From contig JBILDU010000069.1 in the NCBI GenBank assembly GCA_044352465.1, positions 1-16,789 of the forward strand: DNA of 16,789 nucleotides, written 5' to 3'. Each line of letters opens with the position of its first letter. The stretch's first letter is position 1. The position numbers and the translations under genes were made by a program. Source of the stretch: Bdellovibrionota bacterium. Its GTDB lineage: Bacteria; Bdellovibrionota_C; UBA2361. A model generated the notes under the pieces. That model was given only the letters and a program-made list of their open reading frames with translations. It had not been told where the DNA came from and made no database searches. Shown here piece by piece: positions 7,225 to 16,789 of this stretch.

Positions 7225-7566
7225 TTCACCCCGCCTCGCGGGCGCCATTTGTGACAAGCCGCTCGGAGTCTCTTTTATACGAATCATCATCGATTGCTTC
7301 ACTCAGGTTTTAGTCCCGACCAACCCCCGAGCTCAATCACTGCGGGGAAAAACTATCGGTGGGTGTTGAAGGCGCGGCGGAACTTTCGTGCCTCCGGTAC
7401 CGCTCCGTTTTAGACGGCTAAAGCCTGTCAGGCTAAAGACTTACGACAGGCTGTTCGAGTCAGTACGAACGCTCTAACGGTGCTCATTACATCCCGTCTC
7501 CCCCTCATCTTGGTGATGAGGTCCTTCGCTCAGGCTTCGGCACGGGAAAAAATCTTGCCTCACCTG

Positions 7567-7593
7567 TGTAAGGTTCGGTGGGGCAATGACGTC
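7567..7593 (+). promoter_or_regulatory. Candidate ECF sigma promoter (TGTAAG-N17-CGTC)
   Basis: TGTAAG at 7567-7572 and CGTC at 7590-7593, about 115 nt upstream of the 7709 gene, which lies next to an ECF sigma gene. Confidence 0.5.
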
Positions 7594-7708
7594 AGGTGGG
7601 ATGAAGTCGTCCTCCGTATGGCTCAGAACGTGAGCCATCGGACGCAAGCGCAGTCCACTCCGGTAAAGCGAGCGTTGCGGATGATAGTGAAATGTCTATG
7701 GAGAAAAA

Positions 7709-8284
7709 ATGAATATTAAATCGAGATATCTCGCGGCGTTGTTGGGCGTGGCGAGCGCTCTTTGCGCTGATCGTGTCATGGCAGCACCAACGGTCGATTT
7801 TAAAGCGGTGCGCACCGAGGTTGTGCTCAGCTCCACCTTCCTTGAGGCCGCCACGGCGCTCGGCTTGAACCTCCAACCGGTACGACCTGGGCGGATTAGT
7901 AAGACGAAGGCCCGATTTCCTGTTATCGCCGCTGAGCTCGATCTCGCTAACGCCAAAGGTGAGATACAGCACTCCGGTGGACTGCGCTTCTCGAAAAACG
8001 GCACGGTGGTTGAGCTCACCCTCTTCATCATCGATACGACCGGTGCGCCGGTGCTCACCGGGATTGTCAAAGCGAACGGCTCAGTCGTTGGAAGGATTCC
8101 GTTATTCGACCTCGAATTGCCTGAGCTCGCCTTGCCGATTCCACAACAGAGTCGACTCACGGTGCCGGGCGTCGCCGTGAAATTGAGCGATGAAGCTGCC
8201 ACGGCTTTAAATGGGGCGTTCAGCGTCAGCGCTTTTACCGAGGGGCTCTCTATCGGAACAGCCAAGGTTATCTTGAAGCGGTAG
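7709..8284 (+). CDS. Hypothetical secreted beta-rich protein (191 aa)
   Basis: GGAG SD at 7700-7703. Signal peptide ends in VMA|A. Contains RFPV and GEIQHSGGLRF motifs and alternating beta-strand patterns. A strong hairpin follows the stop. Confidence 0.85.
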   Translation: MNIKSRYLAALLGVASALCADRVMAAPTVDFKAVRTEVVLSSTFLEAATALGLNLQPVRPGRISKTKARFPVIAAELDLANAKGEIQHSGGLRFSKNGTVVELTLFIIDTTGAPVLTGIVKANGSVVGRIPLFDLELPELALPIPQQSRLTVPGVAVKLSDEAATALNGAFSVSAFTEGLSIGTAKVILKR

Positions 8285-8293
8285 GTGTGGGGA

Positions 8294-8325
8294 GAAAACC
8301 ACTCTCGCAGGCGAGAGTGGTTTTC
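8294..8325 (+). terminator. Perfect inverted repeat / probable terminator after the 191-aa gene
   Basis: gaaaaccactctcgc (8294-8308) and gcgagagtggttttc (8311-8325) form a 15-bp perfect inverted repeat 9 nt after the stop. Confidence 0.8.
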
Positions 8326-8486
8326 CTCAGGTCGCGACGCGGATCCTCGCGCGTCGCCTCTTGCTGCAAACTGCATAACGGAGACTCGATATGAGTGGGG
8401 GTTGCGCCAGCGGTGAGCTCGCCATACATTTCGTGGGTAAGCTCGGTGGAGGCGGGGGCGTTGTCACGGTTAAACCGGGGAAAACC

Positions 8487-9095
8487 ATGAGGTCTCGACA
8501 GGAGGCGACTCCAAAGACCAAGCCTGACCTCTCAGCCTGGGTCGATGACTATAGCGACTATCTGCTTCGCTATGCAGTAGTTCGCCTCGGTGCACACCAC
8601 CGAGCCGAAGATCTGGTGCAGGAGACCTTTCTCTCGGCTCACGAGAAATTGAGCTCCTACCGGGGCGACGCTCCCCCTCAGGCGTGGCTCTTGAGCATTC
8701 TCAAAAATAAAATCGCGGATCATTTTCGGCGTGGAAGCCGGGAAGCTCCTTTGAGTGCTACCTTCGCTGATGATAGCGACCTCGACCGATACTTTAACCG
8801 GTGTGGTGCGTGGCGGAACTGGTTCTTTCGCCATTGGCGGGGCTCACCCGATGAGGTTGCCGAGAGTAAGGAGTTCTTAGCGGTGCTTCACCGTTGTCTC
8901 GACAAGCTCCCGCCGCGGATGCGGCAGATCCTCGTAGGGCGGAGCATCGATAAGCTCGATCACGCTACAGCGTGTGAGCTTTTCGGAGTTTCGCCGGGGA
9001 ATCTCGATGTATTGATGTTTCGATCACGGATGCACCTCCGGGGTTGTCTTGAAGAGCATTGGTTCAAACCCCAACGGCAGGGCGGGAGGTCGTAA
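8487..9095 (+). CDS. ECF RNA polymerase sigma factor (TIGR02943-like)
   Basis: Region 2: LLRYA..AEDLVQETFLSA..WLLSILKNKIADHFRR. Region 4: CLDKLPPRMRQI..CELFGVSPGNLDVLMFRSRMHLRGCLEEHWF. The ATG at 8487 gives a typical size; the ORF is open from 8391. Confidence 0.92.
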   Translation: MRSRQEATPKTKPDLSAWVDDYSDYLLRYAVVRLGAHHRAEDLVQETFLSAHEKLSSYRGDAPPQAWLLSILKNKIADHFRRGSREAPLSATFADDSDLDRYFNRCGAWRNWFFRHWRGSPDEVAESKEFLAVLHRCLDKLPPRMRQILVGRSIDKLDHATACELFGVSPGNLDVLMFRSRMHLRGCLEEHWFKPQRQGGRS

Positions 9096-9099
9096 CACT

Positions 9100-9408
9100 A
9101 TGATGCGGCGGATAACGGCGTGGGTCTCGCGCTCGTGGTTCTCATGTAAAAGGTACTGTGAGCGGGCGAGTCGGAGTTGGGAGAAGCCTCTGACTGGATG
9201 GGATAAGGCGGGATTTCTAATCCACCACTATACCTGTCGCCGGTGCCGCGTAGCCCATCATCACTTGAAGTTTTTGGACCGTGTGCTTGGTAAGGTAACC
9301 TCTGATATCGAGGCGGGGAGCGGGTCGCAGACCGCTCCATCGGCGAATGATTCTACGGAGCTTCGTGAGCGGATTAAGAAAGCGCTCGCAAAGTCCGACC
9401 CCGGTTGA
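9100..9408 (+). CDS. Zinc-binding (zf-HC2/ZAS) soluble anti-sigma factor
   Basis: GGAGG SD at 9085-9089 and ATG 4 nt after the sigma stop. N-terminal Cys plus HxxxCxxC (HHYTCRRC). No TM segment. Confidence 0.85.
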   Translation: MMRRITAWVSRSWFSCKRYCERASRSWEKPLTGWDKAGFLIHHYTCRRCRVAHHHLKFLDRVLGKVTSDIEAGSGSQTAPSANDSTELRERIKKALAKSDPG

Positions 9409-9431
9409 GTGAGAAGTCGAACGGAGCTTAG

Positions 9432-9459
9432 AAAAAAAGCCGCCTCGGGAGGAGGCGGC
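9432..9459 (-). terminator. Rho-independent terminator for the large orphan gene
   Basis: A7 (9432-9438) followed by gccgcctc-gggag-gaggcggc, which reads as a stem-loop then U7 on the - strand. Confidence 0.75.
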
Positions 9460-9498
9460 GGATACGCTAGGTTTCTTTCTGCTGAAAAATAAATCCGA

Positions 9499-12129
9499 TT
9501 ACGTCATCTCTATATTGAAGCTTCGCGCCAAATACGCCGCTGAGGCGGTGCTTCTCCGGTCGGTCCGGCTCGAAAGCTCATCAACTTTTGCTCCGACGAG
9601 TTCCTGAACTTGCTTCTCCGGGATTCGCGCCCTCTCTTGAATCTTGCGGATCTCACCGATGCGCGTCTCTATCGGCTGATTCTCGTCTCCGAGAACCTTT
9701 TTAATATCCTCTAAGGCATTGTTACGCGCCGCCTCCGCTGCTACGCGCGCCTTCTCCCGAGCTGCCTCCTGCATCGCCTCAAGCTTTCGGTCGAGATCTT
9801 GATCGAGCGCTACGAGCCGTTCGGTGGCATCTTTTCGGAGCGCCGACGCAGAGTCACGGATATCTTTCGGGCGAAGATACGATTCCTCCATCAGTTCATA
9901 GAGCTCATTCTTCATCTGTGCGATATCCTGCTCATTCTCCGGCTCTCGGCGGAACCGCTTCTCGCCGACATTCGCCACCATCTGAGCAGCTTCATCTTTT
10001 ATCCCGAGGTAGTGTGCGAGATCCTCCGCCTCATCGGCGCGGGTCTCGAAATCCGGCTTGCCCTTTATCCCGCCGTCGAGGATCCTCTCGACCGCTTGGG
10101 TACCGAGTCGAACCTTGATTTCATGGGCGAGTCTCTCGTCACCGATCTTCGCTACCTCGGCGATATAGGTTCGGGCCTCGCGCTCTTTACCGTCGAGAGA
10201 GAGCCCATCCTTGTCGGAAAGCAGTATCTCGTCGACCCTTTTCAGCTCTTCCGCGAGGATTTCCTCGAGGCGGTTCTCTACATCGCCTCGGACTGAAGCC
10301 TTCATCGCCTCGATTGCGGCGTCGGAGAGTCCGAGCTGTCGATCCATTTCATTGATCGCACCGATGAGCTCATGCGCGTGAGCGAGAGTCTGCACCTCAC
10401 GCTCGGTCATATACGCTTGAAGCCTCTCTTCAATGACTCGATTCGCTTCCTTCTGGTCGACACCGCTCAAGTCGATCGCTTGCTCTCTGAGCTCTTTAAG
10501 CCCCTCGGCGGTTCGGCTCCACGAAAGCTTCTTGTCGTTGAGAAGCTCCTCGATGCCCTTATCGAGCAACGATGCTGAGATCTCAAGTTTCATCGCTTCG
10601 AGCGATGCTTTTACCGCAGGGTCGTTGTCGACATCAAAGGTGTTGGCGAGGTCGGTGAGCTCGTTCAGGCGAGCCCGACGCTTTTTGACCTCCTCACCTC
10701 GAGAGCTCTCTAACTCTTCGTTGATGTGCTTAGCGAAGATCGGTGCAAGGTCCTGCTCTGAGAGGAGGTCCTTCGAGAAGAGATCAATTCCCTTATTTGC
10801 CTTGTCGACGATCGTTTTGAGGAGCCGTTCCCTCTGCGCGGCATCTATATCTGCACTGAGTACCGCTCCAAACTCCTCTAGGGCACTTTCTCGCACCTCT
10901 TGCCGTTCATTCTTGAGCGATTCGACCGGCGTCTCTACCTTGAAGCGCTTCGCGAGCCCTTCTACGGTCTTGATGCGGTCCGGCCCATCTTTGTAGGTGC
11001 TCTTCTCCGCGAGGAGCTCGTTCATTCGCTCGCTCGCGAGCGCTCTTAGGATCTCTCCCGCCTGTTTGTTTCCTTTTTCGGCATCTCCCCCCCCAAGGAT
11101 ACGCCCCATCACCGTATACCGCATGCTGCGCTCAATTTCCGATCCGCTGCTCCGCTCACTAAAGTCGGCGAGCTTATGCTCGTTTTCACGGAGCGTCTTT
11201 TCGGCGAAGGTGCGTGCGATAATTTCATTGAAGAGTTTGCGAGTCTCGGGGTCCATCGAAACCTTCGCCGCCTCGAGCTCCGCCTTCTGGGTGATCTTTC
11301 GGTAGTCGATCGAGGTGATCGAATAGTCGTTTGCAAGGGTCGTCCCGATCGCCTGCGCTTTCGCCGCGAGCTCAGGGGTGAGGGTGGCTTGGGTGGCCGG
11401 AGCTGGCTTCGGTTCGACCTTCGGTGTTGCTGCTACCTCCGGAGACTTCACCTCGGCCACCGCTGGGGCAACGGGGGCGTTTGCCACGGTAGGCTTTGAA
11501 TCGGTCTTCAGCGGGCTCGCCTCTGGAAGGCTCTTGGTGGGGTCGATTGCAACCTGGGCGGCGTTAGGTTTCGCCGGTGAGGGCTGCGCTACTGCGGCAA
11601 CTCCATCAAGTGCAGCGGTTGGATCGGCCGCCGGAGAGGACATCTTTGCGACTGCTTTCTTCGCGATTCCCACGAGATCAAGGGCCGCTAGTGGATCGGT
11701 GTCCAAAAGGGGCGTCTGGGCGGTTACTGGTTTAGGCTCCGGTTTTACTTCCTCGGCAGGAGCAGGAGCCGACTGAGTGGCCCCGGGGGCGGCCGCTTGA
11801 GCTGGGGCGGCTGGGGCGGCCGCCGGTTGGGCGGTTACCGCCGCGCGAATGGCCTGGAGTCGGACATCGGGAGGAAGCGAGTCGTTGTTAGCTATGGACT
11901 CGATCACAGCTTTGAGGCCGGCCACCTCGCTTCGTAGATCGGCGAGTTGAGCTTCAACCGATTGTTTCGATGGATCTTGGGTTGGCGCGGGGTCTTGTAA
12001 GTCCGTAAGTGGAGCCGGGGTCTGGGCTTGTTGTCCCGCAGATATTGCGGCCGCCGATTGGGGGCCCGAGTCGATCGATTTTGGGGTGTTTTCAAGCGAC
12101 TGAGACTGAGCAGCAACGACCATCGACAT
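9499..12129 (-). CDS. Large hypothetical protein: Ala/Pro-rich disordered N-terminus and charged alpha-helical repeat C-terminus (~876 aa)
   Basis: Long ORF (open from 12180). The ATG at 12129 has an AAGGAG SD, and the gene has its own terminator. No signal peptide or TM segment is seen. Confidence 0.85.
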   Translation of the reverse strand: MSMVVAAQSQSLENTPKSIDSGPQSAAAISAGQQAQTPAPLTDLQDPAPTQDPSKQSVEAQLADLRSEVAGLKAVIESIANNDSLPPDVRLQAIRAAVTAQPAAAPAAPAQAAAPGATQSAPAPAEEVKPEPKPVTAQTPLLDTDPLAALDLVGIAKKAVAKMSSPAADPTAALDGVAAVAQPSPAKPNAAQVAIDPTKSLPEASPLKTDSKPTVANAPVAPAVAEVKSPEVAATPKVEPKPAPATQATLTPELAAKAQAIGTTLANDYSITSIDYRKITQKAELEAAKVSMDPETRKLFNEIIARTFAEKTLRENEHKLADFSERSSGSEIERSMRYTVMGRILGGGDAEKGNKQAGEILRALASERMNELLAEKSTYKDGPDRIKTVEGLAKRFKVETPVESLKNERQEVRESALEEFGAVLSADIDAAQRERLLKTIVDKANKGIDLFSKDLLSEQDLAPIFAKHINEELESSRGEEVKKRRARLNELTDLANTFDVDNDPAVKASLEAMKLEISASLLDKGIEELLNDKKLSWSRTAEGLKELREQAIDLSGVDQKEANRVIEERLQAYMTEREVQTLAHAHELIGAINEMDRQLGLSDAAIEAMKASVRGDVENRLEEILAEELKRVDEILLSDKDGLSLDGKEREARTYIAEVAKIGDERLAHEIKVRLGTQAVERILDGGIKGKPDFETRADEAEDLAHYLGIKDEAAQMVANVGEKRFRREPENEQDIAQMKNELYELMEESYLRPKDIRDSASALRKDATERLVALDQDLDRKLEAMQEAAREKARVAAEAARNNALEDIKKVLGDENQPIETRIGEIRKIQERARIPEKQVQELVGAKVDELSSRTDRRSTASAAYLARSFNIEMT

Positions 12130-12550
12130 AGGGGCTCCTTCAGGTACCTTATTAAAACCGCCGTTCTTGCCTCGCCGCATCGCCAGAGGGGGGCGGGTTC
12201 GGAAGTTCGGCCTCGATTTACCTAGCGTGAGGGCTCTTAAGCCCCCGAGGCCCGGGTGGCATGTGTTCCACCTCGTTTCCTCAATAAACGTATCGAGGAC
12301 CGATGCGGAAATGCTTCAGGTCGAACTTCGGGGGATATGTGCTCAGTGTCTCTTATATTCGTTTATAGGGCACGATTCATCGAAAGAGTGAAAATACGGA
12401 TTGTTCGGGCGGAATATCTGCTTTTTACCTACTCCGCTGGCTTAGAGGAATTCCCTACGAGGGCGGGGATTTTCGGGCGCTGCCCTGCCATGGCGGGCCC
12501 TGGATGGCCCGCGAAACCTCTGTGAGGAGAACCCTGACGGGCGGAGAGGA

Positions 12551-13606
12551 TTACGAGCGCTGCGGGCCGATTTCAAGCATTCGATCGAGCGAACGCTTCG
12601 CTCTCACCCGAATATCCTCCGGAACCGTGATTTCGTAGCGGTCGAATTTAAGCGCAGCGAGGGTGTCCTCAAGGGTAATTTCGTTCATATGGGGACAGCG
12701 CACGTTACAGAGCCGCAAGATATCCTTGTCCGGATTCTCGGCGATAATGTTATCCCCCATGCTGCACTCGGTAAGGATTAAAAAGTGGGGCGCTGAGGTT
12801 CTCTTCACGAAATCCACCATCTTGGTGGTGCTGTTCGCGTAGTCGGAAGCGGCGACCACCTCGGGGCTACACTCGGGGTGGGAGACAACGACGACCCCCG
12901 GAAATTGTTTCCGGGCGTTGGTGATATCCTCGACGGTGAACTTTTCGTGCACTTCGCACCGGCCACGCCAACCGATCATGACTGGGGTGTTATCAGCAGG
13001 GCGTTTATCTTTACCAAAGGGGAAAATTATCTTCTTTCCGGTTTCGGCCGCCACATTACGGGCGAGATACTCGTCGGGAAGAAATATAACCGTATCGCTA
13101 TCGAGGCTCTCCACGACCCGAGCAGCGTTACTCGAGGTGCAACAGACATCGACCTCAGCCTTCACGTCGGCATAGGTATTGATATAGGTGACGATCGGGA
13201 CCCCCGGATACTCGGCGCGAAGCTTGCGGACGTCCTCAGCGGTGATGCTCTCAGCCAGGGAGCATCCCGCGACCTTTGCAGGTAGGAGCACCAGTTTATC
13301 TGGATTTAGGATCTTTGCGGTCTCGGCCATGAAGCGTACCCCACAAAATATGATCGGGTTTTTCGTGGTTCGCGCCGCTTCGGCCGAGAGTTGGAGACTG
13401 TCACCGACGATGTCGGGGACGGTATGAAAAAGCGCCGGCTCCATGTAGTTGTGACCGAGAATAATGGCGCCTCGTTCAGCTTTCAGACGGTTTATTTCGT
13501 AGACAAGCTCCGCTTTGATGTGGATCTCAGCCGCCGGAACTATTCGCCCGAGGAGTTCCTCCATCTTCCGCCGGGTCGACTCTACGGTGTTTTCGTTTAT
13601 TGCCAT
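12551..13606 (-). CDS. nadA: Quinolinate synthase A ([4Fe-4S])
   Basis: Motifs GHNYM, GDSL, FCGVRFMAETAKILNP, GCSLA, TYIN, CCTSSNA, FLPD, CEVHEKF, HPEC, CPHMN. The three cluster-ligating Cys motifs are present. Confidence 0.97.
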   Translation of the reverse strand: MAINENTVESTRRKMEELLGRIVPAAEIHIKAELVYEINRLKAERGAIILGHNYMEPALFHTVPDIVGDSLQLSAEAARTTKNPIIFCGVRFMAETAKILNPDKLVLLPAKVAGCSLAESITAEDVRKLRAEYPGVPIVTYINTYADVKAEVDVCCTSSNAARVVESLDSDTVIFLPDEYLARNVAAETGKKIIFPFGKDKRPADNTPVMIGWRGRCEVHEKFTVEDITNARKQFPGVVVVSHPECSPEVVAASDYANSTTKMVDFVKRTSAPHFLILTECSMGDNIIAENPDKDILRLCNVRCPHMNEITLEDTLAALKFDRYEITVPEDIRVRAKRSLDRMLEIGPQRS

Positions 13607-13681
13607 AGTTTTTCACTCTTGGAAGGGAGTAAATCACGGAACTAAGGGCGATTCAAATGGGGGGGCTCTCGGCGCCTCCCT

Positions 13682-15417
13682 TTACTCCCGCGGGATCGCC
13701 CTACGGAGCGCCAGGGCACGCTCCCGAAGCCCCTCGAGAGCATCCCCACTGCCGCTACCGCCGTACGAAATAGCGTCAAGTGCGTCAAATAGGGTTTGCA
13801 CCGCAAAATCGGTATCGGGAGACGCGTGCCGGCGAGCCAACTCAGCGCGAAGCTCCTTCACCGAGGAGTCCCCGTCGAGATGGAGTTCCAGGGCGAGTGC
13901 GCGGCGTAGGTTGCGGTGGAGCGCCTCGATGCTCGCCCCCGTTCTGACCGCACCCCACGCAATCTCGCGCGGCCGCTCGCGCTCAGCTCTCCAGTGGCGC
14001 AGGTAGATCAGGCCACCGATCACTAAAACAACGGTGAAGATTAAAAGAGCGAGCGATAGGCTGATATGCCGGCCGATGCGGGCACCGATGCCAAGCGGTT
14101 CATAGAATCCCTGGTTCTCAAGCCCCGCAGCCTCCGTGGGCGATGGGAGGGGAATGGACCCCGGCGTACTCTGTGTCGGCCCCCCCACGACCTCAAGGGC
14201 GTACTCCTGCGAGCCGGTGGTCTTATAAACTTCAGCTCCGGGGTCGAAATAAGAGAGCTGAAGGGGAGGCAATTTCACCGTGCCGCCCTTGAGTGGTACC
14301 AGCGAGGCTTTGAAGGTTCGACGGGTTACGATCGTCCCCTCGGCATCAAACACCTTTGTCTCGGGTGGTTCTTGGTAAATTCGATACTCGCTTGAATTCT
14401 CGAACGGCACCGTCGTGATCGGCGCAATATTACCCTCACTGGTCAATTCGACCTCGAATGAGCGGGATTCGCCGAAGGCGAGCGGTGCGGTGCTGAGTCG
14501 AATGTTAATACCGGTATGGCCAACAAGCGGGGGGTGCGAGCCCCAGGTTGCAAGTTGGTGAGGGGTGGGGGGGAGCGGCTTGACGGAAATCGTGATCGGC
14601 TCTGCGGAGAAACTTACCTCTTTAAGCGCTCCGCCTCCGAAAAATTCGTCGAAGAAACCCCCGCCGAAAGGATCGGAGAGGTCGAAGGGAAAGCTGCCCC
14701 GGTGGGGCGGTTGAACCCGCATCTTCGCGCGCAACTCTCGTCGTTGAATGACGAGCTCGCCGGTACGGATCGGGTAGAGCGCCTTTTTAAGGGTGATAAC
14801 GGTGGTCGGGCGCCCCGCCACAATACGGGTCGAGCGTTGATCGTCCCCTATATCGAGATGACGAAATCCATCAAAGGTGAGGTCACCGAACTGGGGTTCG
14901 ATAAGTTGGGTGCGGGTGAGTATCTCAATCGTGTTGGTGAGTTGTTGCCCCAGGAAAACGGTTGAACGATCGACCGACTGGGTAACCGCCACGCCGTGAA
15001 TCTCTGCTTTTCCGCTCGCCGAACCTCCTGGAGCGATCTCGACCTCCAGGGGAGCCACGTCGTAGGTCCGTCCGGCAGCTACCACAGTTGCATGAGGGGT
15101 CCGCAAGTGGCCCTCGCGGCGGGGGATCAGGTGATAGACGTAGCGAAGTTGTCGGTGGACCTCGCCGTTGAGGATTTGCACGGAGCTTTGAGGTCCGCGA
15201 TAGCGGACCTCAAAGTCAGGTGACTCTCCGATCGTCGGCACCGGCACGTCGCTCGTGTCGTGGGCGATAATCGACCAGGTAAAAACATCGGCTGTGGTTC
15301 CACGCCGGGCCGACAGCTCGGCGGTAACGCGCGGAGTCGGGGCGGTGTTTCCGACTGAAGGGAGAAGCGCGATGAGAAAGAACACCATCGCGAGGGGAAA
15401 AAAAACAGTTCCGTGCC

Positions 15418-15424
<7 letters not shown>
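13682..15424 (-). CDS. batD: BatD-family (oxygen tolerance) protein
   Basis: Signal peptide; three beta-sandwich-like segments (e.g. SSVQILNGE, VDRSTVFLGQQL, LYPIRTGEL, EGNI, LPPLQLSYFDP..Y); C-terminal TM helix. Overlaps the stop of the upstream VWA/TPR gene. Confidence 0.8.

Positions 15425-16789
<1,365 letters not shown>

Noticed and set aside
6885..7302. 114-aa and 137-aa - strand ORFs
   Set aside because: They run antisense across the tRNA-Ala gene and palindromes, a typical spurious tRNA-shadow ORF.
6980..7700. Possible CRISPR array
   Set aside because: The hairpins differ in sequence, there are no regularly spaced identical repeats, and no cas genes are present.
7709..7790. Lipoprotein signal in the 191-aa protein (ASALC)
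   Set aside because: Leu at -1 does not fit a lipobox. An SPase I site (VMA|A) is more plausible.
7696..8376. 226-aa - strand ORF
   Set aside because: Antisense to the 191-aa gene, which has an SD, a signal peptide and a terminator.
9799..11776. Several 100-187 aa + strand ORFs
   Set aside because: Antisense shadows of the large orphan gene, with Ser/Phe/Leu-rich composition mirroring its Glu/Lys codons.
12368..12400. gggcacgattcatcgaaagagtg resembling the c-di-GMP-I P2 stem
   Set aside because: Wrong strand for the flanking - strand genes, and the downstream consensus and P3 are absent.

Overview
GC-rich bacterial chromosomal window with no integrase, transposase, CRISPR array or phage genes. 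In order it holds: the 3' end of an unknown + strand CDS; a secreted Cys-rich protein (-); a DUF1800/DUF1501-like pair (-), where the DUF1800 protein carries two tandem Ig/cadherin-like domains and the DUF1501 protein has a Tat signal; a small 2-TM ORF (+); and efp (-), divergent from tRNA-Ala(CGC) (+) across mirror-image sigma70 promoters. Then come about 730 bp of hairpin-rich non-coding DNA, a secreted beta-rich protein, an ECF sigma factor with its zinc anti-sigma (+), a large orphan Ala/Pro-rich plus helical-repeat protein (-), nadA (-), and the distal end of a bat-type operon (BatD and a VWA-TPR BatB/C-like fusion; -). The most notable observations are an EF-P with Asn instead of the modifiable Lys/Arg at the loop tip, the Ig-fused divergent DUF1800/DUF1501 module next to a disulfide-rich secreted protein, a cryptic ~100-aa repeat in the large orphan protein, a candidate ECF target promoter, and the structured DNA downstream of the tRNA. 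All family assignments come from motif recognition by eye, not from database searches.
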